Shown: in pieces, positions 18,433-26,543 of the stretch
Position numbering within the stretch: the stretch's first letter is position 1
How the letters are laid out: each line of letters begins with the position of its first letter
IMG/VR virus record: IMGVR_UViG_3300005573_000143
Coordinates: 1 to 44,464 of that record
DNA from: a virus
Taxonomy: Duplodnaviria; Caudoviricetes
Length of the DNA stretch: 44,464 bases
Reading direction: 5' to 3' (one strand)
The notes under the pieces: generated by a model
The model's database searches: none
Told to the model about the DNA's origin: nothing
What the model saw: the letters and a program-made list of their open reading frames with translations, nothing else
Translations under genes and position numbers: made by a program

Positions 18433-18699
18433 ATGAAAGAAAAATATGTTGTATATCATATTGAAACAGTTAACCCAAACGACATAGTGGCTCCCGCTTG
18501 CAATTTTTGCGGAACTTACAAATTTCCTGAGGGGAAGGTTTATGTCGTGGATAAAATAGAAGAGGGGTTTGGAGCCGCTCTCGTTCCTGGAAAAAATATG
18601 AATAAACTACATTATTGTTCGCTCGAATGTATGGAGAGGGGCGAGGAAACAGATGAATTTTATGAGAACACAAACAATAAGTTCAAAATTAATAAATAA
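18433..18699 (+). CDS. Small zinc-finger protein
   Basis: CNFC...YCSLEC (TRASH/MYM-like spacing); AGGAGG RBS. Confidence 0.75.
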   Translation: MKEKYVVYHIETVNPNDIVAPACNFCGTYKFPEGKVYVVDKIEEGFGAALVPGKNMNKLHYCSLECMERGEETDEFYENTNNKFKINK

Positions 18700-18707
18700 T
18701 TAAATTT

Positions 18708-18742
18708 CGGGGCTTATGCCCCGTGTCTTTATTTTATTTTTT
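18708..18742 (+). terminator. Type-2 intergenic hairpin, second copy
   Basis: CGGGGCTTATGCCCCGTGTCTTTATTTTATTTTTT. Confidence 0.7.
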
Positions 18743-18821
18743 AAAGATTTTACTTAATGATGATAGATGATGATAGATGATATAAGAAGAGGACAGCAAT
18801 ATATATAAAAGGAGGAAGTGT

Positions 18822-19283
18822 ATGGAAAAAAATGAAATAATTTTGGAGGAAGAACTTTTTAAGATATTAGATAAAGCAATAGAGGATAACAATATTGAAC
18901 TTATTAAAAAACTAATTTCCGAAGGGGTTAATGTAAATATAAAAGATAAATTCGGATGGACACCTTTAATGACTGCCAGTATTTTTGGACACATAGATTG
19001 TGTTCTGGAACTAATCAAAGCTGGTGCTAATGTAAATACTAAAACTAAAACTGGTATAACTGCCTTAATGAATGCGAGTGATTGCCCGAATACCGATTGC
19101 GTTAGAGAATTAATTAAAGCGGGGGCTGATGTAAACGCTAAAGACAAATATAATTGGACACCTTTAATGTATGCAAGTAGCCGTGGACATACTGATTGTG
19201 TTAAAGAACTTATTAAAGCAGGTGCTGATATAAATGTAAAAGATTATAGAGGAAAAACAGCTTTAGATAAAGATTTTATTTAA
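18822..19283 (+). CDS. Ankyrin-repeat protein 1 (N-cap plus 3 repeats)
   Basis: 33-aa repeats NVNxKDxxGxTPLMxAxxxGHxDCVxELIKAGA. Confidence 0.95.
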   Translation: MEKNEIILEEELFKILDKAIEDNNIELIKKLISEGVNVNIKDKFGWTPLMTASIFGHIDCVLELIKAGANVNTKTKTGITALMNASDCPNTDCVRELIKAGADVNAKDKYNWTPLMYASSRGHTDCVKELIKAGADINVKDYRGKTALDKDFI

Positions 19284-19347
19284 ATTATTTAAAAAAAGTA
19301 AATAAGAAGAGGACAGCAAGAAATAAGAAGAATAAATAGGAGAATAT

Positions 19348-19809
19348 ATGAAAAGTAAAATTAAAAATTATCATACTTCGTTGTTTTTAAAATTAATCTT
19401 TCTCATCTTCTTTATTTTTTTTCTTACTTTTTCTGTTGTTTTTGGAGAGGACAGCAAAAATAATTTAGTATTTCTTCTGCAAAATAGCTATTTAATATAT
19501 ATAGATATTTTTCTACAAACTTATCCCGCAATAACTTATCATAATGATTTGGAACCTAATCCTATAGCAAGAACATTTTTTAATAATAATCAATGGACAT
19601 TAGCTTATATTTCTGCAATTACTGCTAATTATCTTGTTGCTTCTTTACTTAATAATATAGATAATTCTGGAACTTTTTCGATGTGTTTTTTAGGAATAGT
19701 TGCAATAATCGAAACATATGTAATTAGTTTAAATCAGAAGTGGATGGACGGATATAAAGAAAAATCTTGTCTTAATTTTTATATTACATGTTTTGTTTAT
19801 GAATTTTAG
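19348..19809 (+). CDS. Membrane protein (DUF5658-like)
   Basis: N-terminal hydrophobic/signal segment, D...T...EPNPIAR motif, further TM segments. Confidence 0.6.
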   Translation: MKSKIKNYHTSLFLKLIFLIFFIFFLTFSVVFGEDSKNNLVFLLQNSYLIYIDIFLQTYPAITYHNDLEPNPIARTFFNNNQWTLAYISAITANYLVASLLNNIDNSGTFSMCFLGIVAIIETYVISLNQKWMDGYKEKSCLNFYITCFVYEF

Positions 19810-19863
19810 AAACAAAGATAAAAATATTATGTTAAGTTGAGAAAAAAATATTTTTTAAAATGC

Positions 19864-19890
19864 TTGACTTTTTAAAAAGTATACTATAAG
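19864..19890 (+). promoter_or_regulatory. Promoter for the recombination/replication operon
   Basis: TTGACT-N15-TATAAG (or N17-TAAGAT). Confidence 0.65.
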
Positions 19891-19989
19891 ATTAAAATAT
19901 AGCGTAACTTAAATGTAAAAAAAAGGAGATAAAATAAAAATGGTAGTTTAATTAGCGGGTTCTAAAAAATAAAAAAAAGGAGAAGAAAA

Positions 19990-20361
19990 ATGTTTATTTT
20001 TAAAACAAAAATTGGTAAAAACGAACTGGAATATCACGAAGAAACTCTAAAAAAAATTTTTAATTTCTCAACTTTGATAAGCCAAATCCCTACCCAATGT
20101 GACCTTTGTAAAAGTGACAATTTGTGGCTGGTATATAAGAAAACAAAGAACAATTACGATTATTATCTTGTTTCTTGCAAAGATTGCGGAGCAGAGGTTG
20201 CATTTGGACAAAAAAAAGAAGGTGGACTTTTTCTAAGGTACGGAGAGAAAATGAAAATTTATACACCTTCATCTTATCTCTCTGAAGCAAAAGAAAAAAA
20301 AGATGAAGAAGTAGATTTAGCAATTGAATCTTCTTCAAATGATAACGACATGGATTTTTAA
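19990..20361 (+). CDS. Zn-ribbon protein with SSB-like acidic tail
   Basis: CDLC...CKDC; C-terminus SSSNDNDMDF. Confidence 0.6.
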   Translation: MFIFKTKIGKNELEYHEETLKKIFNFSTLISQIPTQCDLCKSDNLWLVYKKTKNNYDYYLVSCKDCGAEVAFGQKKEGGLFLRYGEKMKIYTPSSYLSEAKEKKDEEVDLAIESSSNDNDMDF

Positions 20362-20362
20362 C

Positions 20363-20527
20363 ATGGCTTTTGAATGTATACTTCATCCTCACAAAGAGTG
20401 TTGGGGATGTGGAGAATGTGAAAATATTGATTATGATAATTTGCTTGATAAACAATTGCAGAAAAAAGATTATGAATATGACAGAGATAGAGACGACAAG
20501 CTCTGTGGAATTGGGAAAGGGAATTAA
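20363..20527 (+). CDS. Small Cys-rich protein
   Basis: MAFECILHPHKECWGCGEC...; starts 1 nt after the previous stop. Confidence 0.6.
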   Translation: MAFECILHPHKECWGCGECENIDYDNLLDKQLQKKDYEYDRDRDDKLCGIGKGN

Positions 20528-20534
20528 TAATTTT

Positions 20535-20567
20535 TTCCCAGCCTGTCCTCCTCCTGCAGGCTGGGAA
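20535..20567. promoter_or_regulatory. Perfect 11-bp GC-rich hairpin with TCCTCCTCCTG loop
   Basis: TTCCCAGCCTG / CAGGCTGGGAA, intergenic. Confidence 0.7.
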
Positions 20568-20599
20568 CGCATTTTTAAAAAACTTTTAAGGAATAAAAT

Positions 20600-21490
20600 A
20601 TGTTGAAAAATTTAATTTATTATTACTTACTTGAAAGTAGAAAAGACAGAGAAAATAAAGATATGGTGAGGTTTACTCCACATGCTCTTCCTGAATGTGA
20701 CAGACAATATTATTATCAATTATTTAGAACATCTATGGAAAGCAACCCACCAGAAGCTCCTTCTTTGCTGAAAATGGAGTTTGGAAGCGCAATTCATTTC
20801 GTCGTCCGAAAAATTTTAAAAGATATAAAAAGAGATAAAAATCTTTTTGAAAATTTGAAAGAAAGATATAAATATTTAAAAGACTTTGACTATATTGAAG
20901 GTGAAGAACTACGAGAACTACAAAAATGGGGTCTGACTTTTCGATACAAAGTTGATAATATCATCAAAATAAATAACGATAAATATGTGATTGAGATAAA
21001 AAGCACGTTTGGACGAGGATTTAAACGGATTGAAAATATTCCAGATCAAAAACATATAGCACAACTAATTTTTTATATGCTATTTGAAGGAATAGATAAA
21101 GGTATACTTCTTTACGCTGGTCGAGATACAGGATACTTATTAGAATATTGGATAGTGCTTGACAAAAAAAATAATCAAATTTTAATTTCAAAAAATTATT
21201 TTGAAATGACAGTTTTTTGTAAGAACATTTATTCTTATCTTAAACCGTTTATTTTAAAAATGCGAAAACTTAAAAAACAAATTGAAAATAATGAAATTCC
21301 AAAACGAGACTTTCTCTTAAATATGAAAAATATTAACGGAAAAATTGTATTTGATTTTATCTATAATGGCGAACAAATGACTACTTATCCATGCGCTAAT
21401 TATTGTGCGTGGAGAGATTTGTGTTGGAAGGATGAAATCGAAGAAATTAAAAAATATAAATTTTTTATAAATGGAAAATTTTTAAAATAA
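20600..21490 (+). CDS. Cas4-like PD-(D/E)XK exonuclease
   Basis: CDRQYYY, G.AIH, KVD...IEIKS, QL..Y, C-terminal CANYCAWRDLC (4-Cys Fe-S staple pattern). Confidence 0.85.
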   Translation: MLKNLIYYYLLESRKDRENKDMVRFTPHALPECDRQYYYQLFRTSMESNPPEAPSLLKMEFGSAIHFVVRKILKDIKRDKNLFENLKERYKYLKDFDYIEGEELRELQKWGLTFRYKVDNIIKINNDKYVIEIKSTFGRGFKRIENIPDQKHIAQLIFYMLFEGIDKGILLYAGRDTGYLLEYWIVLDKKNNQILISKNYFEMTVFCKNIYSYLKPFILKMRKLKKQIENNEIPKRDFLLNMKNINGKIVFDFIYNGEQMTTYPCANYCAWRDLCWKDEIEEIKKYKFFINGKFLK

Positions 21491-21524
21491 AAATAATTTT
21501 TAAACAAAAAAATAGGAGAATTTT

Positions 21525-21752
21525 ATGAACAAAAAAACAAGAAGACAAATTCAAACACACATTACGGCGATGATTAAAAGACAACTTCAAGCAAACAGGA
21601 AAAAAACTGATGATGAAACAATTATTTATGCAAGAACCTGTGGATTTTTATCGGCAATTATTGAATTTGCAATACTTGAACTCGCTGAATTTAATCCTAA
21701 AAAAGCATTTGAATTGGCAAACTGGGATTTGTATCGACAATTAAAATTATAA
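21525..21752 (+). CDS. Hypothetical protein
   Basis: AGGAG RBS, in operon. Confidence 0.7.
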   Translation: MNKKTRRQIQTHITAMIKRQLQANRKKTDDETIIYARTCGFLSAIIEFAILELAEFNPKKAFELANWDLYRQLKL

Positions 21753-21777
21753 TTATATAATATATAAGGAGAAAAAG

Positions 21778-22563
21778 ATGAAAGAAAAAGAGGAAGAACT
21801 TTTTGAAGCAGTAAAACTAAATAATATCGAACTCATAAAAAAATTTATAGCTGAAGAAGTGGATGTAAATGCACAAGATAATGATGGTTTTACACCTTTA
21901 ATGATTGCAAACATGTGTGAACATATTGATTGTATTAAGAAACTTATCAAAGCTGGAGCTGATGTAAACTTAAAAAATAGGGATGGAGAGACTGCTTTGA
22001 TGATTGCAATCTTACATGAACAGATTGATTATGTTAAGAAACTTATCAAAGCTGGAGCTGATGTAAACTCAAAAAATAAATTTGAAAATACAGCTTTGAT
22101 GATTGCAAGTCATTATGGACATATTCATTGCGTTAAAGAACTAATTAAGGCTGGTGCAAATATAAATGCGCAAGATAGAGATGGAGCAACTGCCCTGATG
22201 ATTGCGAGTTCATACGGATATATTGATTGTGTTAAAGAACTAATCAAAGTTGGTGCTGATGTAAATATAAAAGATAAGGATGGCTGGACTGCTTTAATAT
22301 ATGCAAGTTATCATGGACACAAAAATTGTATTAAGAAACTTATCAAAGCTGGAGCTGATATAAATGAAAAAGATAGGAACGGCTGGACAGCTCTAATGCA
22401 TGCAAGTTATCGGGGATACAGTGATTGTATTAAAGAACTAATTAAAGCTGGTGCAAATATAAATGCGCAAGATAGAGATGGAGCAACTGCCCTGATACTT
22501 GCAGAAAAACTTGGATATACTGACTGTGTTAAAGAACTAATTAAAGCGGGTGCTAAAAAATAA
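21778..22563 (+). CDS. Ankyrin-repeat protein 2 (type-A N-cap plus 7 repeats)
   Basis: Canonical ankyrin repeats. Confidence 0.97.
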   Translation: MKEKEEELFEAVKLNNIELIKKFIAEEVDVNAQDNDGFTPLMIANMCEHIDCIKKLIKAGADVNLKNRDGETALMIAILHEQIDYVKKLIKAGADVNSKNKFENTALMIASHYGHIHCVKELIKAGANINAQDRDGATALMIASSYGYIDCVKELIKVGADVNIKDKDGWTALIYASYHGHKNCIKKLIKAGADINEKDRNGWTALMHASYRGYSDCIKELIKAGANINAQDRDGATALILAEKLGYTDCVKELIKAGAKK

Positions 22564-22584
22564 AAAAATAATAAGGAGAAAAAA

Positions 22585-23280
22585 ATGAAAAGAAAAGTTG
22601 AAGTAGGAGAACTTTTTAATGCAGTAACATGTAATAATATTAGACTTATTAAAGAGTTAATTAAAGAAAAAAGAGTTAATGTGAATATGAAAGATAAGGA
22701 TGGCTGGACAGCTCTAATGTATGCAAGTTATTGGGGATATAATGATTGTATTAAGGAACTCATTAAGGCTGGAGCTGATATGAATATGAAAGATAAGGAT
22801 GGCTGGACAGCTCTAATGCAAGCAAGTTATCGAGGATACAGTGATTCTATTAAGAAACTAATTAAAGCTGGAGCTGATATAAATGCAAAAGATAATGATG
22901 GTTTTACACCTTTGATGATTGCAAGCATGTATGGACATATAGATTGTGTTCGGGCACTAATCAAGGCTGGAGCGGATGTGAATGCAAAAAATAAAAAAAA
23001 TTGGACAGCCTTAATGCATGCAAATTATTGGGGATATAGCGATTGTATTAAGGAACTCATTAAGGCTGGAGCGGATGTAAATATGAGAGATAAAAATAAT
23101 TTTACAGCTCTAATATATGCAAGTTATCGGGGATATATTGACTGTGTTCGAGAACTAATTAAAGCTGGCGCTGATATAAATGCAAAAGATAAAAATGAAC
23201 AAACTGCCTTGATGATTGCAGAAAGATATAGACATACTAATTGTGTTAATGCATTAATTAAAGCTGGAGCAAAAAAATAA
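22585..23280 (+). CDS. Ankyrin-repeat protein 3 (type-B N-cap plus 6 repeats)
   Basis: Canonical ankyrin repeats. Confidence 0.97.
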   Translation: MKRKVEVGELFNAVTCNNIRLIKELIKEKRVNVNMKDKDGWTALMYASYWGYNDCIKELIKAGADMNMKDKDGWTALMQASYRGYSDSIKKLIKAGADINAKDNDGFTPLMIASMYGHIDCVRALIKAGADVNAKNKKNWTALMHANYWGYSDCIKELIKAGADVNMRDKNNFTALIYASYRGYIDCVRELIKAGADINAKDKNEQTALMIAERYRHTNCVNALIKAGAKK

Positions 23281-23308
23281 AAAAATAATAAATAATAAGG
23301 AGAAAAAA

Positions 23309-23668
23309 ATGATTAATGAAGTTTTAAAAATTTTTGAATCGGTTGGTTTTAAATGTAGTAAACCAACCGCAATTAAATATGGGTTACAATATGGTTTTTT
23401 GAATAAAAAAGCAGATGGATTTCATTTTGAATTTATACGGGAAAAGTTTAATGATTTTATCAAAAGTTTAAAAATACCAGAAAATTATATCCCAGTCCAG
23501 GAAGCAATAAAAAAGTATAATATTAGTCGAGGAAGAATCGTTTATGCGAATCTCTCTGGAATTCTACGGACAATTAAAATTCTAAATAAAATTTTTGTAA
23601 ACGAAAATGATATAAAAAATCTTATTGAATATAAATATAAAATAAAAATTCTAAAGAAGGAGAAATAA
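23309..23668 (+). CDS. Putative DNA-binding protein (MerR/Xis-like HTH)
   Basis: YIPVQEAIKKYNISRGRIVYANLSGILRTIKI...IFVNENDI. Confidence 0.55.
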   Translation: MINEVLKIFESVGFKCSKPTAIKYGLQYGFLNKKADGFHFEFIREKFNDFIKSLKIPENYIPVQEAIKKYNISRGRIVYANLSGILRTIKILNKIFVNENDIKNLIEYKYKIKILKKEK

Positions 23669-24022
23669 ATGGAAATAGCAAAAGTGGCTGAAGAAATAGA
23701 AAAAAAAATTAAAGAACTTGATATTTTAAAAGAGAAGATTAAAATGTATGCAGATAAAAAAGCTCAAAGTCAAGCTCTTTACGATTTAGAGTTGGCAAAG
23801 ATAATAATCAGTTTAAAAAACGGCAAACAATTTCAATTGGCAGGCGAAATAATAGAAAATCCACCTATCACTCTTATTGAAAAGATAGCAAAAGGAATTT
23901 GTTGGGAGAAAGAATTGGAAAAAGAAAAGGCTGAGGCAGAATATAAAGGTTTAATTACAAAGATTGATACTGTATGTGCACAATTAAATGGTTGGCAAAG
24001 TATCAATCGACATTTGGATTAA
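23669..24022 (+). CDS. Helical hypothetical protein
   Basis: AAGGAG RBS; coiled-coil character. Confidence 0.75.
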   Translation: MEIAKVAEEIEKKIKELDILKEKIKMYADKKAQSQALYDLELAKIIISLKNGKQFQLAGEIIENPPITLIEKIAKGICWEKELEKEKAEAEYKGLITKIDTVCAQLNGWQSINRHLD

Positions 24023-24050
24023 ATATAATATAAAAAAAGGAGTGTAAAGT

Positions 24051-24419
24051 ATGAGTATAATATCAAATTTCTTTTCCCCAATCATTTTGAAAAAGATTTA
24101 TGTTAGGATAACGGGTTCAGTTGTTGCTGGGCTATTGCTTTCTGAATTGGATGACCAGGTTAGTGAAAGTGGGTCTGATGAAATTAGTTGCAGTGAGCAA
24201 GATTTGCTACAAAAAACTTTGTTATCACCAGAAGAATTTAAAATTGCAAAAGGGATTTTATGCGAAAAAGGATTTATTAAAAATAAAGAAGGAGATATTT
24301 ATTACGTTGATTATGAAAAAGTCTACAACGCTATGGAAAATGTAGAAGAAGAAGGCGTAAAAAAAACAACGGTTAATTATAAAAGAGTAGGTGACAATAA
24401 AACATATAAGTTTGCATAA
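24051..24419 (+). CDS. wHTH protein, paralog of the initiator N-terminal domain (copy 2)
   Basis: C-terminal ~75 aa nearly identical to 14392..14799; different N-terminus. Confidence 0.75.
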   Translation: MSIISNFFSPIILKKIYVRITGSVVAGLLLSELDDQVSESGSDEISCSEQDLLQKTLLSPEEFKIAKGILCEKGFIKNKEGDIYYVDYEKVYNAMENVEEEGVKKTTVNYKRVGDNKTYKFA

Positions 24420-24426
24420 AACATAA
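24192..24426 (+). repeat. 235-bp dispersed direct repeat, copy 2
   Basis: Matches 14572-14806; offset 9620 bp. Confidence 0.93.
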
Positions 24427-24438
24427 AGGAGGAAATTT

Positions 24439-24768
24439 ATGGAAAAAAGAATAACTTTACCAGATTTGAATCCACCAGCTATAGTCTCAGCAAACACATA
24501 TCGCTGGAGTTCTGGAGGTACAGCAGACAGCAGAAGGCGAAATGAGAAAAATAAGCTTGGGCAGGTATACGATTGGCTATTGACACTCAATGAGCGATTC
24601 GGATTGGGGATGTCTCTCACATGTGATAGTAATATAAAGGGAACTGTTGTTGATGAAAAAGGAAAAGTAAAAAGAATAGTATATTTTCACTATGCTGAAT
24701 CGTGTCATCATGTATATAAAAAGCAGGATTTTAGAAAACTTTTGAAATTAATTAAGACAAAAATTTAG
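24439..24768 (+). CDS. Hypothetical protein, paralog of 17082..17411
   Basis: See paralog; AGGAGG RBS. Confidence 0.8.
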   Translation: MEKRITLPDLNPPAIVSANTYRWSSGGTADSRRRNEKNKLGQVYDWLLTLNERFGLGMSLTCDSNIKGTVVDEKGKVKRIVYFHYAESCHHVYKKQDFRKLLKLIKTKI

Positions 24769-24809
24769 AAATTAAGGAAAAGGATTTGTGCAGAGTAAAG
24801 GAGATAAAG

Positions 24810-25937
24810 ATGAAAGAAAGAATAATTAATGCAATTAAAAAACATCGTGGTCGTGCAAATATTATAGCAATTCCGCAGGAATTTTTAAAATTCACAGGCG
24901 ATGTTAATAGTGCTCTTTTGCTATCACAATTGGTATACTGGACAGACAGAACAAAAGATGAAAATGGTTGGATATATAAGTCATATGATGATTGGGAAAA
25001 AGAATTGACTTTAAATAAGTATAAAACAATGACTGCCAAAAAACACCTTGAAAAACTTGGAGTTATAGAAACAAAAGCAAAAAAAGTAAAAAATCTTGTT
25101 TATGTTCATTATAGACTAACCGATAAATTTGAAACAATATTTATAGATTATCTTAAAACTAAAGAAACTAAAGATAAAAATATTAGAAAGTTAAAAAATC
25201 AAACTTCTGAAAGTAAAAAATTTAGAAAATCAAAAAATCAAACTTCCGAAGGTCTGGAAATTAAAAATTTAAACTATGAAAAATCAAAAAATTTAATTTC
25301 TGAAAATAAAAATTTTATACTTCCTACTGATAACAATATTACTAGTATTATTATTAGTAGTACTAGTAATAATATTAATAATAATACTAGTATAAATACT
25401 AGTAATACTAGTAATATTAATACTAGTATTATTACAAAGACTACTAGACATAGATTACATACAGAAACTATCGATGAAAATATTCAAAACGACTCCGTCG
25501 TTTTAATCGATGATAAAGACAAAAAGATAATGGCATGGAAATATTTTCTTAGTCGTTATCAATCTAAATACAACAGTTCACATTTACAAAACGCTAAAAC
25601 AATGTCGCAGTTTACACAAATCTGGAAACAATCTGGGGAACGAATTTATGACCTTATCGACGCATTCTTAGATTGCAACGAATATTGGTATATAAAAAAT
25701 TGCCATCAAATCGGTCTTTTACTTAAAGACATTCAAAAATTTTTTGTATTAAGTTCTACAGGGAAAAAAATGATAACAAAAAAAGAAGCAGAAAAGATTG
25801 AAAAAGAATCAAGTTCTTACATCGATTGGGAAAGGATAAAAATGATTGATGAAGAGTATGAGAAATATAAAGCAGAAGGCGGGGATAAAAGTATTGTGGA
25901 ATTTACAATGGATTTTAAGAAAAAAAATATTTCATAA
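24810..25937 (+). CDS. Replication initiator (lambda O-like, N-terminal wHTH)
   Basis: FTGDVNSALLLSQLVYW....GWIYKSYDDWEKEL.L......AKKHL..LGVIE, then a low-complexity iteron-encoded linker. Confidence 0.85.
   Translation: MKERIINAIKKHRGRANIIAIPQEFLKFTGDVNSALLLSQLVYWTDRTKDENGWIYKSYDDWEKELTLNKYKTMTAKKHLEKLGVIETKAKKVKNLVYVHYRLTDKFETIFIDYLKTKETKDKNIRKLKNQTSESKKFRKSKNQTSEGLEIKNLNYEKSKNLISENKNFILPTDNNITSIIISSTSNNINNNTSINTSNTSNINTSIITKTTRHRLHTETIDENIQNDSVVLIDDKDKKIMAWKYFLSRYQSKYNSSHLQNAKTMSQFTQIWKQSGERIYDLIDAFLDCNEYWYIKNCHQIGLLLKDIQKFFVLSSTGKKMITKKEAEKIEKESSSYIDWERIKMIDEEYEKYKAEGGDKSIVEFTMDFKKKNIS
25193..25450. repeat. Putative replication origin (iterons within the initiator gene)
   Basis: About five degenerate AAAAATYWAAYTTCYGAA repeats (25193-25325), then six TACTAGTA palindromes at 25340, 25361, 25385, 25397, 25406 and 25421. 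Confidence 0.7.
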
Positions 25938-25961
25938 AAATATAAAATTTAAGAGGAAAAT

Positions 25962-26543
25962 ATGATAGTTTTTAAAAATATGGCGAAAGCGATCGAATAT
26001 TTTCGGAAACAGTATGAATGGACAGAAGAAGAAATAGAAATAATTATTGAATATTTAAAAACATTAGACAAAAATTTTGTGCTTGATAAATTTAGTGATA
26101 TTTTTTATGGTGGAATTGATAATGAAAATAAAGACATTACTAATTTTTTATCACACTTTTTCCAAATTACTCCAAAACAAGCTTGGGCAAAATGTTTGAT
26201 GGGGAATGATGAAAGTATCTCCATTGTTTTAAGTGATTATATAACACAAGTCTTTCAAGAAGTCTTGCCTCTTGTAGAAAATAAACAAACTCAAGAGGCC
26301 ATGAAAATCTTTTTAAGAAAATACAAAGAAATTAAATTAAAGAATTGGAATCAAAAAGAAAACTTTTTTATTTCGTATGGCACAGATATTACGAGTAGAG
26401 AACAAGCAGAAAGAGAAGCTTTAAGATTAAGACTAATACAACAAAAAGATTGTTCTTATCTTGAAAAAGATTTGATAAAATTACCAACTAATCTTTTAAA
26501 TTCTTTAAAAAAAGTAGAAATAAAAGAAGGAGAAACTTTATGA
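25962..26543 (+). CDS. Putative helicase loader/initiator partner
   Basis: Directly after the initiator; QAWA...DE..SIV....I...F...Y...ISYGTD...RE.A.REALRL pattern resembles proteins found at the lambda P position. Confidence 0.5.
   Translation: MIVFKNMAKAIEYFRKQYEWTEEEIEIIIEYLKTLDKNFVLDKFSDIFYGGIDNENKDITNFLSHFFQITPKQAWAKCLMGNDESISIVLSDYITQVFQEVLPLVENKQTQEAMKIFLRKYKEIKLKNWNQKENFFISYGTDITSREQAEREALRLRLIQQKDCSYLEKDLIKLPTNLLNSLKKVEIKEGETL

Noticed and set aside
14807-18742. Hairpin repeats as CRISPR repeats or integron attC sites
   Set aside because: Spacing is hundreds of bp with whole genes between. The hairpins are 16-18 nt, without attC R/L box structure, and there is no Cas1 or tyrosine recombinase.
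20600-21490. CRISPR-Cas system
   Set aside because: Solo Cas4-like nucleases are common phage recombination exonucleases; no other cas genes or array are present.
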